A stretch of 64,000 nucleotides of DNA from Aeriscardovia sp. (GTDB lineage: Bacteria > Actinomycetota > Actinomycetes > Actinomycetales > Bifidobacteriaceae), in assembly GCA_017632855.1 (NCBI GenBank), contig JAGBQM010000009.1, forward strand, positions 7,082 through 71,081. The letters are read 5' to 3'. Below, piece after piece: positions 17,441 through 28,152 of the stretch (positions are counted from its first letter, which is position 1; every line of letters begins with the position of its first letter). The notes under the pieces are model-generated. The model was not told the DNA's origin. It saw only the letters and a list, made by a program, of their open reading frames with translations, and ran no database searches. Position numbers and translations under genes: made by a program.

Positions 17441-17513
17441 TCTCTATAAATAACAGGCCCGGCCCGGGCGTAGCTGACGGCGCGCGGGCCGAACGCAAAA
17501 AAATAAGGTTTAG

Positions 17514-19145
<1,632 letters not shown>

Positions 19146-19157
19146 TCCGGCTTAGCC

Positions 19158-19185
19158 AGGCTCCCTTCAGGGGAGCTTCTTTTTT
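19158..19185 (+). terminator. rho-independent terminator of groEL
   Basis: Stem AGGCTCCC / GGGAGCTT with a 5-nt loop, running into TTCTTTTTT. Confidence 0.8.
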
Positions 19186-19219
19186 ATAGAAATTTCTGAA
19201 TAAAATCTGAAAATTATCG

Positions 19220-19225
19220 TATAAT
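19220..19225 (+). promoter_or_regulatory. -10 box TATAAT 8 nt upstream of the response-regulator ATG (leaderless-type start)
   Basis: Sequence TATAAT-tatcaact-ATG, with no SD. Confidence 0.5.
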
Positions 19226-19233
19226 TATCAACT

Positions 19234-19977
19234 ATGGACAAGGATAATATCGGCACTATCGTCGTAGTGGACGATGATGAGGACATACTTTACACCCTTA
19301 AGGAAGGGTTAAGGTTCAGACTCCCTGCTTTTAAAGTAAGAACCGCTACCAACAGCAAAGACGCGATAGAGCTAATAGAGCTTAGCAAGCCCGATCTGGT
19401 GATCCTGGACGTCATGCTTCCCGATAGAAGCGGATTGGAAGTCTGCAAGACCATACGCAGAAACGACAAGCACATTCCGATAATCTTTCTGAGCGCAAAA
19501 GACGCTCCCAAGGACAGGATTTTAGGGTACGCCGCCGGCGGAAACGACTACGTCACCAAGCCTTTCGTATTTGACGAACTGACGTGGAAGATAAAAAAGA
19601 CTCTGGAAATGACAAAACCCCAGACCAAGCCCAAGCCCATCATCTCCATAGCGGATCTTGAGATCAACGAAGACGCTCTGGAAGTGACCAGGCACGGGAA
19701 GGTGGTAAGGCTAAGCCCTACCGAATTCTGGCTTCTCGACTACCTTGTAAGAAATAAGGACAAGGCCTTAAGCAAGGGGGAGATCATATCCCACATTTGG
19801 GAAGGAAAAGTGGTGGAAGTCCCGATAGTGGATTCCTACATCTCTTACCTAAGAAAGAAGATAGACGGGATAACCTATGCGGATGAAAACGGAGAGGAAA
19901 AGAAGGTGGAGCCCCTGATACAGACCGTGCGTTCCGCAGGATACATGATAAGGACTCCAAAGGAAGCCAAAGAGTAG
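19234..19977 (+). CDS. OmpR/PhoB-family response regulator
   Basis: Receiver domain (DLVILDVMLPD, KP) and a winged-helix output domain (TVRSAGYMIR). Confidence 0.9.
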   Translation: MDKDNIGTIVVVDDDEDILYTLKEGLRFRLPAFKVRTATNSKDAIELIELSKPDLVILDVMLPDRSGLEVCKTIRRNDKHIPIIFLSAKDAPKDRILGYAAGGNDYVTKPFVFDELTWKIKKTLEMTKPQTKPKPIISIADLEINEDALEVTRHGKVVRLSPTEFWLLDYLVRNKDKALSKGEIISHIWEGKVVEVPIVDSYISYLRKKIDGITYADENGEEKKVEPLIQTVRSAGYMIRTPKEAKE

Positions 19978-19989
19978 GCGGAGAGAAAA

Positions 19990-21714
19990 TTGGCAAAAAG
20001 CCGTGAGGGAGAAGAAAGGCCCCGCGAAAGCTCCAAGAAAACCCGCGGAAACGCCATCCCGCTGAACCTTCAGCTTATAGCCATTTTGTTCGTCCTTCTG
20101 GCCGCGGGGATCTCGGTCGTGGCTTTCGCCACAAAGGAGCTTATATGGAACTACACTGTCAACAGGATCGATAACCAGCTCTCTTCCCAGGCCCAGCTCA
20201 TCCTCAACAACGTAGAGCCCTTTTCTTCCAAATCCGAAGCACTTCCAACGGACTACTTCCTTCAGATAAGGAATAACCAGGGACAGATCCTAAGCACTCC
20301 GCTCATCCCCATATTGGATGGTGGGGCCGAGAGCGTGCCGAAGCTCGCCCCCAGCGGACAGGAGGGGCCCCTTCAGTTCGGGGTCCCCACCACCGTGGGT
20401 TCGCGCGTCCTTCAGGAAGGGGACGCCAACTCTTCCTACAAAGAGGTGAGGGCCGACTGGAGGGTGCTAAAGCTCCACTGGTACCAAAGCGGGAGCGGGG
20501 AATCGGGCATCCTCTACATAGGGTTGTCTCTCTATAACGCTCAGGAGACGGCGTGGATGGTGATTTACTACTTCATAATCGTGGGAATCATCATAATCCT
20601 CATAGCTCTCATAATAGGTTCTCTTATCATTTCAAAGACCTTGAGGCCTTTAAAGCAGATAGAGACCATAGCCGCAAATATCGCAAACGGGGATCTTTCC
20701 CAGAGGGTCCCCTCGTTTCCCGAAAGTACGGAGATAGGAAGCCTCGCCAGCTCTTTGAACGTAATGCTTTCAAAGATAGAAAAGAGCTTTGAAGCGCAAA
20801 AAGAGACGAACAATCAGATGAAGCAATTCATTTCCGACGCTTCCCACGAGTTGAGAACGCCGCTGTCGGCCATAAGGGCCTATGCCGAGCTTTATAAGAT
20901 GGAGAGGGAAGAAGGGGAGGATTTGGAGAAGGCGGATGAAATCGTCGGCAGGATCGGGGCTTCGAGCGCAAGGATGACCGAACTTGTAACCGACCTTCTT
21001 TCTTTGGCGAGGCTAGACGAGGGCAGGGGGATAGATCTGACCCAAAGCGTCGAACTGGATTCCCTCATCTTGGACAGCGTTGAAGACCTCATGGTGCTGG
21101 ATCCCCAAAGGAAGGTCTGCATGGGCACCCTTGAGTTCCTTGCAGATTTTAAGACCGCAAAAGATCCTCAGCAGGCCTTTTTCTCCTGCACCCGCTTCGT
21201 TCCGGGAGAACTTCCCCCCATAGCCACCTACGGGGACGGAACCAGGCTTAGGGAGGTCTTTACGAACCTTGTGGGAAATATCCACAAGTACACCCCTCCC
21301 GACTGCCCCGTGGAAATTTCCCTTTCCTCGGTGGAAGCCGACCTTTCATACGAGGCCTGCAAAGATCTGGCTTCCTCCAAAGAGCCTCTGGAAGCCTTTT
21401 GCAAAGGCATGCAGAAGTCTTTGCAGGGCAAAGGCGGAAACCCCTACGCCCTGATTGCCGTCTCCGATCACGGCCCCGGCATGACCCCGGATTCCATAGG
21501 AAGGATATTTGAAAGGTTTTATACTTTCGATCCCTCCAGGACCCGCAAAAAAAGCGGAACGGGCTTAGGCATGGCAATCGTCAAAGCCATCATCTCCTCT
21601 CACTCCGGCTTTATCTGCGCAAAGCCTACCCCGGGAGGGGGCCTGACGATAATAACGGCCATCCCGGCCTCGGGCTCTCCCCTTCCCATTGCAAATTCGG
21701 AGGGGAAAAGCTGA
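19990..21714 (+). CDS. sensor histidine kinase
   Basis: Two TM segments flank a ~150-aa extracytoplasmic domain. HAMP, H-box SHELRTPLS, and HATPase G-box GTGLGMAIV. TTG start after GGAGAG. Confidence 0.9.
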   Translation: MAKSREGEERPRESSKKTRGNAIPLNLQLIAILFVLLAAGISVVAFATKELIWNYTVNRIDNQLSSQAQLILNNVEPFSSKSEALPTDYFLQIRNNQGQILSTPLIPILDGGAESVPKLAPSGQEGPLQFGVPTTVGSRVLQEGDANSSYKEVRADWRVLKLHWYQSGSGESGILYIGLSLYNAQETAWMVIYYFIIVGIIIILIALIIGSLIISKTLRPLKQIETIAANIANGDLSQRVPSFPESTEIGSLASSLNVMLSKIEKSFEAQKETNNQMKQFISDASHELRTPLSAIRAYAELYKMEREEGEDLEKADEIVGRIGASSARMTELVTDLLSLARLDEGRGIDLTQSVELDSLILDSVEDLMVLDPQRKVCMGTLEFLADFKTAKDPQQAFFSCTRFVPGELPPIATYGDGTRLREVFTNLVGNIHKYTPPDCPVEISLSSVEADLSYEACKDLASSKEPLEAFCKGMQKSLQGKGGNPYALIAVSDHGPGMTPDSIGRIFERFYTFDPSRTRKKSGTGLGMAIVKAIISSHSGFICAKPTPGGGLTIITAIPASGSPLPIANSEGKS

Positions 21715-21772
21715 AAAAATGCAAAAGACAAAATTGATATCATTAGTTGAAAAGGCAGTGAAGGAGGAAGCT

Positions 21773-22147
21773 GTGCCAACTGGTAAAATTCGCTGGTTCG
21801 ATAGCAAAAAAGGCTACGGATTCATCGTGGGGGAGGGCGGCAAAGAAGTGTATCTTTCAGCCTCCAACCTTCCTTCCAGCTTTACTCCGAAATCGGGCAT
21901 GAAAGTGGAGTATTCGGAAATCGAGGAGGCCGGGCGCATGCAGGCTTTTAACCTGCACGTGGTGCAGCGCTCCGTTCCCCGCAGGCATACCAGCGATGAA
22001 ATGAATGCAATCATAGAAGATCTGATAAAGCTTTTAGACTCCACCAATGCAAAATTAAAGCATGGAAAATGGCCCGACCCATTAACCTGCGACAGGCTGG
22101 CCAAAATGCTTAGGGCTGTAGCCGAAGATTTTGATATAGACGACTGA
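21773..22147 (+). CDS. cold-shock-domain protein with a C-terminal extension
   Basis: CSD core GKIRWFDSKKGYGFIVGEGG..VYL. I chose the GTG at 21773, 5 nt after AAGGAGG. The ORF-track start at 21689 would overlap the kinase gene. About 55 aa follow the CSD. Confidence 0.75.
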   Translation: MPTGKIRWFDSKKGYGFIVGEGGKEVYLSASNLPSSFTPKSGMKVEYSEIEEAGRMQAFNLHVVQRSVPRRHTSDEMNAIIEDLIKLLDSTNAKLKHGKWPDPLTCDRLAKMLRAVAEDFDIDD

Positions 22148-22214
22148 GCTGGTCCGATCTCGAAATTAACCGCAAACGGAAAAAGGGAAAAGCGGAAAGA
22201 AAACAAGCAAACAG

Positions 22215-22240
22215 CCGGAAGAAGATGCGCAATCTTCCGG
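22215..22240 (+). promoter_or_regulatory. perfect 8-bp inverted repeat in the clpC leader
   Basis: CCGGAAGA-N10-TCTTCCGG, ending 15 nt upstream of the clpC ATG. No T-tract follows. Confidence 0.4.
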
Positions 22241-22255
22241 AAAGAAAGGAAACCA

Positions 22256-24748
22256 ATGTTTGAACGGTTTACCGATCGCGCCAAACGGGCTATGGTTCTG
22301 GCTCAGAAGCAGGCTCATTCGCTGAATCACGCGTACATCGGCACCGAGCACATCCTCCTTGGGCTTCTGGAAGAGGGGGAGGGCATTGCCGCCCAGGTGC
22401 TAAACGAAAAGGGCATCACCCTGGAAAAGGCCAGAAACGAAGTAATAGACATGATAGGCATGGGTGACAGCCCGGACACCGGTAAGCACCTGCCTTTGAC
22501 TGCCAACGCGAAAAACGCCCTGAATATGACCTTAAGGCAGGCCCTGCAGCTGGGGCACACCTATATCGGCACCGAGCACATCCTCCTTGGCCTCGTAAAG
22601 CAGGGAGAGGGTATAGGGGCCCAGGTCCTTATCCAGCTTGGAGCCGATCCAGAAGACATAAGGACTTCCACCTTGAACGCCATCAGGGGCCAGAAGAACG
22701 ATGAAGAGGAGGGAAGGCTCGCTAACGCAGGCGGGGTTGAAAACAAGCCTGATGGCAGCGTATCCGCCATGCTTTCCCAGTTCGGCACGGATCTTACCCA
22801 GCTGGCGGCCCAGGGGAAGCTTGACCCCGTAATAGGCAGGGAAAACGAGATTTTAAGCGTTATGACGGTGCTTTCGCGCCGCACGAAAAACAACCCCGTC
22901 CTCGTAGGGGAGCCCGGGGTGGGAAAGACTGCGGTAGTGGAGGGCCTGGCCCAGAAAATCGTGGCTCAAGACGTTCCGGAAACCCTTAAAGGAAAGCAAA
23001 TCTACTCTCTGGATCTCGCTTCCCTCGTAGCGGGATCGCGTTACAGGGGGGACTTCGAGGAAAGGCTTAAAAAGGTCATAAAGGAAGTCCAGACCAGCGG
23101 AAACATAATCCTGTTCATAGACGAAATCCACCAGATAGTGGGAGCAGGCTCGGCCGATGGGGCCCTGGGAGCAGGAGACATGCTGAAACCCATGCTGGCA
23201 AGAGGGGAGCTTCAAACCATTGGAGCCACCACCATTTCCGAATACAGGAAATACATAGAAAAAGACGCGGCGCTGGAGAGGAGGTTTCAGCCGATAACGG
23301 TGTCTCAACCCTCCGTTGCCCAAACCGTTCAAATACTTCGGGGGCTCCGCAGCCATTACGAGGGCTTCCACAAGGTGACCATAACCGACTCCGCCCTGCA
23401 AAGCGCGGCTGAACTTTCCGCCCGCTACATCCAGGACAGAAACCTTCCCGATAAGGCGATAGACCTCATAGACGAGGCCGGAGCGAGGATGAGGATAAAA
23501 AGGCTTACGGCCCCTCCCGAGATAAAGGCCTTAGACAGGGCCATAAGCGAGGCTACCCGCGAGGCCCAGTCCACTTCCAACTTCGAAGAAGCTGCGAGCG
23601 CCAAGGAGAGGGCCCAGGCCCTTCAAAAAGAGAGGGATGAGAAGAGGGCGCAGTGGGAGCAGGAGAGAAACGGCTCCTCCATGCAGATAACGGAAGAATC
23701 CATAGCGGAAGTGGTAAGCCAGAACACCGGAATCCCCGTATTCAAGCTGACCGCAGAGGAAAGCAAAAAGCTTCTGGCCTTAGAGCAGGCCCTGCATTCA
23801 AGGGTCGTAGGCCAAGACGAAGCCGTAAACGCCCTGGCAAAGTCGCTGAGGCGAGCGAGGGTGGGGCTTAAAGATCCGAAGAGGCCCACGGGTTCCTTCA
23901 TCTTCGCAGGCCCCACGGGCGTAGGAAAAACCGAGCTCGCCAAGGCTCTGGCCCAGTTCCTCTTTGATGACGAGAACGCCATGATACGCGTGGATATGTC
24001 GGAATTTTCCGAAAAGTACGCCGTCTCCAGGCTCTTCGGGGCGCCTCCGGGATATGTGGGCTACGAAGAGGGCGGAGAGCTGACGGAAAAAGTGAGAAAG
24101 AAGCCCTTCTCGGTGATTTTGTTCGATGAAATCGAGAAAGCTCACCCCGACGTCTTCAATACGATGCTTCAGATCCTGGATGACGGGCACCTTACCGACG
24201 GCCAGGGCCGCAAAGTGGACTTCAAAAACACCATCATCATAATGACCACCAATATCGGCACCAAAGACATCTCTCAAAATCAGACCACGGGCTTTACCGT
24301 CTCAGACAATTTTGAGGCCAACTACAAAAACATGAAGTCCAGGGTGGAAGCGGATCTGAAGCAGAACTTCAGGCCGGAGTTTCTAAACCGCTTGGACGAC
24401 ATCATAGTCTTTCAACAGCTCACTTTGCCCCAGATAAGAGAGATTGTAGACATTCAGCTCGCCCAACTCGAAGAAAGGCTGTTTGAAAACAGCCTTTCAG
24501 CCCAGTTCACGCCCGAAGCTAAGGAGCTTTTGAGCAAGAAGGGCTTCGATCCCCTTCTGGGCGCAAGGCCTCTTAGGAGGGTGATACAAAACGATATCGA
24601 AGACCGGATAGCGGAAGGGATCTTGAAAGGGGAATTTAGCGCAGGCCAGGTTATAAAGGTGGGAAGCGACGGGGAGAACTTTACCTTCTTGGCCGAGGGC
24701 GCCCCGGCTGAAAGCGGGAAGGCGGAACTGGCTTCTTCCAAGAGCTGA
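22256..24748 (+). CDS. clpC: ATP-dependent Clp protease ATP-binding subunit ClpC
   Basis: 830 aa. Two Clp_N repeats, two AAA+ modules (both GxxGVGKT Walker A: GEPGVGKT and GPTGVGKT) and a UVR-like linker. Confidence 0.95.
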   Translation: MFERFTDRAKRAMVLAQKQAHSLNHAYIGTEHILLGLLEEGEGIAAQVLNEKGITLEKARNEVIDMIGMGDSPDTGKHLPLTANAKNALNMTLRQALQLGHTYIGTEHILLGLVKQGEGIGAQVLIQLGADPEDIRTSTLNAIRGQKNDEEEGRLANAGGVENKPDGSVSAMLSQFGTDLTQLAAQGKLDPVIGRENEILSVMTVLSRRTKNNPVLVGEPGVGKTAVVEGLAQKIVAQDVPETLKGKQIYSLDLASLVAGSRYRGDFEERLKKVIKEVQTSGNIILFIDEIHQIVGAGSADGALGAGDMLKPMLARGELQTIGATTISEYRKYIEKDAALERRFQPITVSQPSVAQTVQILRGLRSHYEGFHKVTITDSALQSAAELSARYIQDRNLPDKAIDLIDEAGARMRIKRLTAPPEIKALDRAISEATREAQSTSNFEEAASAKERAQALQKERDEKRAQWEQERNGSSMQITEESIAEVVSQNTGIPVFKLTAEESKKLLALEQALHSRVVGQDEAVNALAKSLRRARVGLKDPKRPTGSFIFAGPTGVGKTELAKALAQFLFDDENAMIRVDMSEFSEKYAVSRLFGAPPGYVGYEEGGELTEKVRKKPFSVILFDEIEKAHPDVFNTMLQILDDGHLTDGQGRKVDFKNTIIIMTTNIGTKDISQNQTTGFTVSDNFEANYKNMKSRVEADLKQNFRPEFLNRLDDIIVFQQLTLPQIREIVDIQLAQLEERLFENSLSAQFTPEAKELLSKKGFDPLLGARPLRRVIQNDIEDRIAEGILKGEFSAGQVIKVGSDGENFTFLAEGAPAESGKAELASSKS

Positions 24749-26163
24749 TGGGCAATCACACGCATCTGAAATCTGGCGGAAAACTTGCAATGTTTTTCAT
24801 ATTGCTGGGATCCGCCTTTTTCTGTTTGTTTAACGAGACGCTGCTTTCCGTAGGAGACAATCTCTTAATGCGCCAGTTCAACCTGGACTACGTTACCGTG
24901 CAGTGGACGATGAGCGGATTTCTGGTGGCCATGAGCGTCACCGTCCCTCTTCTGGCCTTTTTCATAAACGGCTACTCTACAAAGCTGGTAATTTCCGCGG
25001 CGCTTTGCCTTTCCTGCATTGGCCTTGCCATAGATTTTTTCAGCCCAACCTTTTGGATTCTCATAGTCGGAAGGGTGATAGAGGGCCTGGGCGCGGGATT
25101 TATAACCCCCCTCCTCTTCTTTTCCGCCCTCACCCTCTTTTCCCCCAAGCACAGAGGGCATGTGATTTCCATTTGCGGCATAGCGTGCGGGTTGGGCCCT
25201 TCCCTTGCCCCCAGTTACTCCGGAGCCATTTTAAATTCCAAGGCGAATTGGCACTTTATTTTCCTTCTCCCCTTCCTTGCCGCCCTGCTGTTTCTTTTCC
25301 TCTCCGTTTTTTTCGTAAAAGACATTTCTCCTCATAAGTCTCCTTCCCCGGATGGATTGTCGGTATTGGAAACGGTTTTCAGCTTCCCCTGCATAATAGT
25401 GGGGATAGAGCTTTTGTCCAACAAAAACCTGTGGGGGATTCTCGTGCTTGCAGCGGGATTGCTCGTGCTTTCTTTTTGGATCTGCAGGCAGTTTTACCTT
25501 GGAAAGAGGAAGAAGAAGGGCGTTTTGGTGGATCTTTTTTCCATCTCCAAAAAGCCCGTCCTGATAGGGCTGCTTTTGATTTTTTGCCTGCAGATCGCAA
25601 ATATGTGCCTGTCGGTGGTATACCCCATGGCCATAGAACCCGGTTTCCGGCTTTCCCCCGAGGCCGCTTCTTCCATGCTCATGGCGCCTTTGGCCATTTC
25701 CCAGCTTTTTGCCCTTTTGGCTGGAAAAATCTATGACAGATGGGGCTCGAAGTTCCTTCTCTTTTCAGGTTTTTCCCTGCTTGTTTTAGGCTTTCTGGCC
25801 CTAAGCGTTTTAAAAAGCATTTCCGGGGGCGCCCTGGCTTATACTTTTGTTTCAGCCCTTCTTTGCTTTGTAGGGGTGGCTTTGAGCACCCTGGCGGTAG
25901 AGTCCAGCATTTTTTCCTTTCTTCCTTCCATGGCTGCGGATCTTTCCACAGCCGAGCAGGAAAGCATGCAGATCGGAGGGGCCGTGGGGAGCGCCGCGTG
26001 CATGGCGATTTTTCAGGCTTGCCAGCCCGGATCTTTCGGTCCTGAAAGCTATATATCGGCTTTCGCCACGCTTTCTATAGTCATGACTTGCATCTATGTT
26101 GCGTGTTTGGCTTTAAGCTGGATAGTGGCTCGCGCAAAGCCTGCAGGAGAAGTGGAAAAGTGA
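24748..26163 (+). CDS. MFS transporter (about 14 TM, drug/H+ antiporter-like)
   Basis: 471 aa and highly hydrophobic, with an MFS loop motif GRVIEGLGAG. Its ATG shares one nucleotide with the clpC TGA. Confidence 0.85.
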   Translation: MGNHTHLKSGGKLAMFFILLGSAFFCLFNETLLSVGDNLLMRQFNLDYVTVQWTMSGFLVAMSVTVPLLAFFINGYSTKLVISAALCLSCIGLAIDFFSPTFWILIVGRVIEGLGAGFITPLLFFSALTLFSPKHRGHVISICGIACGLGPSLAPSYSGAILNSKANWHFIFLLPFLAALLFLFLSVFFVKDISPHKSPSPDGLSVLETVFSFPCIIVGIELLSNKNLWGILVLAAGLLVLSFWICRQFYLGKRKKKGVLVDLFSISKKPVLIGLLLIFCLQIANMCLSVVYPMAIEPGFRLSPEAASSMLMAPLAISQLFALLAGKIYDRWGSKFLLFSGFSLLVLGFLALSVLKSISGGALAYTFVSALLCFVGVALSTLAVESSIFSFLPSMAADLSTAEQESMQIGGAVGSAACMAIFQACQPGSFGPESYISAFATLSIVMTCIYVACLALSWIVARAKPAGEVEK

Positions 26164-27113
26164 AAAAACTTGCGATAGTGGTAACTACATATAAGAGAAA
26201 CGAACTTCTGGAAAAGCTCCTTGACTCCATCAAAACCGAGAGCCCTTGGATGGTAGTTTTGGTGGATAACGATCCCGAAGGAGGTGCGGCCCCCCTCGCC
26301 CTTGCCTTTAAAAGAGAGATGGAAAAGAAAGGCGTCCGGGTCTACTACGAAAGGCAGGAAGAAAATACGGGCGGAGCCGGAGGGTTTTATGCGGGAGTGA
26401 AAACCGCCTATAAGCTCGGCGCGGAGTGGTTCTGGCTGATGGACGACGACGTGATGATCTTGCCGGGAGCCTTGGAGAGGCTTTCAAAGTGGGAAGAAAA
26501 AAGCCCTATGGTACAGGGGTCCCGCCTTAACAGCGATGGAACCCCATTCTACTGGCAGTACCGGTTTATCATCCCTTTGGCCATTCCCAATCCCTTTGCC
26601 GCAAAAGAGTGCAGCCCCTTTAAACCGGCCAATACCTGCTGCTTTGAAGGAGTTTTGGTTAAAAGAAGCCTCGTGGAAAAAATAGGCTTTCCGGATCCTC
26701 GTTTCTTTATTTACTGGGATGACACCACTTACGGGTATTTGGCCAGCAAAGCTTTCAACCCCATTGTGGTTCCCGATCTTATTTTGCAAAGGACCCGCTC
26801 CATCAATAACTTAAAGTTAAGAGGAAACAGAAGGCTTAATTCCACGTCCGACCTCAACCGTTACTACATAATGCGAAACCGCGGATTTATGATGCGATAT
26901 ATGTCTCTGTTTGGAGATTACGATCCTTTGCTTTTCGGACTCGGCACCTTCCTCACTTTCCTAAAGGAGCTGGTGAGAATCGCCGTTTTGGATCGCAGGG
27001 CGAAGGCCGTTTTCCCCCTCGTAAAAGGGTGGGCGGACTCTAGAAAAGTTATGAAGGATAAATCTTGGAAACCGGCCTGGAGCATTCAGAAAAGTATTTT
27101 GGAAAAAAAGTAG
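26160..27113 (+). CDS. family 2 glycosyltransferase
   Basis: LAIVVTTYKR, VDNDP, GGAGGF and DxD (LMDDDV). I chose the GTG at 26160, which overlaps the MFS TGA (GTGA). Confidence 0.85.
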   Translation: MKKLAIVVTTYKRNELLEKLLDSIKTESPWMVVLVDNDPEGGAAPLALAFKREMEKKGVRVYYERQEENTGGAGGFYAGVKTAYKLGAEWFWLMDDDVMILPGALERLSKWEEKSPMVQGSRLNSDGTPFYWQYRFIIPLAIPNPFAAKECSPFKPANTCCFEGVLVKRSLVEKIGFPDPRFFIYWDDTTYGYLASKAFNPIVVPDLILQRTRSINNLKLRGNRRLNSTSDLNRYYIMRNRGFMMRYMSLFGDYDPLLFGLGTFLTFLKELVRIAVLDRRAKAVFPLVKGWADSRKVMKDKSWKPAWSIQKSILEKK

Positions 27114-27126
27114 AAGGAAGGGTTTC

Positions 27127-27429
27127 TTACTTTGCCTCTGCCTGCTTTTTATTGAGTTCCTTCCAGTCCTGCAGGTAAGCGAATCCGTCGTCTTGCGATT
27201 TAGAGGTCAGTTCGACAGTGATGGGGAAAGTGTTTTTTTTCGATATGTGGCAGCGGTAGCTTCTCATCACAAGCATCCCTATGAGGCTGTCTAGCTGCTC
27301 GTTTGGAAGGAGGTAATCCGCGTTCTGCTTTAAAAGCTGATCAGAAATGGCTTTAAGCAGGCCTTCTATGGTGTGGTGGGCGTGGGCAATAGTTATTACC
27401 GTTTTAGTCATTTCATTTTCTGCTTCCAT
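27127..27429 (-). CDS. hypothetical ~100-aa protein, possible partner or immunity protein of the upstream nuclease
   Basis: Intact ORF. The ATG at 27429 is preceded by GGAG at 6-nt spacing; the ORF-track GTG at 27441 is the alternative. I recognise no motif, signal peptide or TM segment. Confidence 0.55.
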   Translation of the reverse strand: MEAENEMTKTVITIAHAHHTIEGLLKAISDQLLKQNADYLLPNEQLDSLIGMLVMRSYRCHISKKNTFPITVELTSKSQDDGFAYLQDWKELNKKQAEAK

Positions 27430-27460
27430 GTACCGCTCCACATTGGTTTTAGGGTAAGGG

Positions 27461-27492
27461 TTAGATTGGTGGCAAAGCCGTCAACAATCTAA
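27461..27492 (-). promoter_or_regulatory. 8-bp perfect inverted repeat between the nuclease gene and the small ORF
   Basis: TTAGATTG-N16-CAATCTAA. The loop contains a nested GGC-AAA-GCC mini-hairpin. Confidence 0.4.
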
Positions 27493-27540
27493 TAGTTTAG
27501 CCTCCTCATTGTATTCCTTTAGCCTTTGTTTAGATATTGC

Positions 27541-28119
27541 TTACCAGGGTTTTATGGGATTTATCACCTTTGCTGGGAAGCTACCATTTTTTAATAATTT
27601 ATTGTCAATTTCATTTATCTCACCTTGAGTTAAAGGAATATCGTACTCTACAGCTATCACTAGCCAACTTAAACAAAAAGACCTTTTATCTCCCTTGAAC
27701 ACTGGGTTATTTAGAAAATTGACTAAGCTACTCTTCTTCTTGTTGTTATTGATTTCACTTGATGTGACAACTCCCACTCTTAAATCAAAGACAAACTTAG
27801 TTTTCTTTTCTTCAGACCACCCATAACCAGCACGATCCCAAACTTCTTGAAGAGGAATAATATGATCATACTCTAATTTGGAACCCCCCTTATCTTTCAT
27901 ACTTTCGAGGCTTTGTAATGTGTAATGGTTATCGCTGTAAGGATCGTTATATTCCTTCGTGGCTTCAACGTAATTCTCGCTGAGCGCTAAAGCAAGATGA
28001 CCAATGCCTTGTGTACCAAAATTTTTAAAATCATATACTCCCGTTTTAGGATTTTGCAGTGTCTTTACCTTTCTCCGGAGGGATTCTATATCTTGCTCAT
28101 TATATTCATTTTTATACAT
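27541..28119 (-). CDS. stand-alone cytoplasmic DUF1524 / His-Me finger (HNH-like) nuclease
   Basis: 192 aa. EYDHIIPLQEVWDRAGYGWSEEKKTKF...SSEINNNKKKSS...RSFCLSWLVIAVEYDIPLTQGE matches my memory of the DUF1524 pattern (DHxxPL..W......W......F....N..K....C.Y......Y.L). No signal peptide. GGAGGT SD. Very AT-rich relative to its neighbours. Confidence 0.65.
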   Translation of the reverse strand: MYKNEYNEQDIESLRRKVKTLQNPKTGVYDFKNFGTQGIGHLALALSENYVEATKEYNDPYSDNHYTLQSLESMKDKGGSKLEYDHIIPLQEVWDRAGYGWSEEKKTKFVFDLRVGVVTSSEINNNKKKSSLVNFLNNPVFKGDKRSFCLSWLVIAVEYDIPLTQGEINEIDNKLLKNGSFPAKVINPIKPW

Positions 28120-28140
28120 TTTTTACCTCCGATAAGTAGT

Positions 28141-28146
28141 TAGAGT
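28141..28146 (+). promoter_or_regulatory. -10-like hexamer TAGAGT 6 nt upstream of the aminotransferase ATG (leaderless-type start)
   Basis: Sequence TAGAGT-gttagc-ATG, the same geometry as at moxR. No SD. Confidence 0.4.
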
Positions 28147-28152
28147 GTTAGC

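Noticed and set aside
17456-17490. GC-rich hairpin after CIRCE considered as a terminator for the LytR_C gene
   Set aside because: It lies downstream of the groEL promoter and CIRCE and is followed by an A-run rather than a U-tract on the plus strand. It is more likely part of the groEL 5' UTR.
21689-21772. Upstream extension of the cold-shock-domain ORF, and similarly 26088-26159 for the GT2 gene and 46786-46809 for the phosphatase gene
   Set aside because: These extensions overlap the preceding gene or a terminator hairpin. Better start codons with an SD or leaderless geometry lie downstream, and the family N-termini match the shorter versions.
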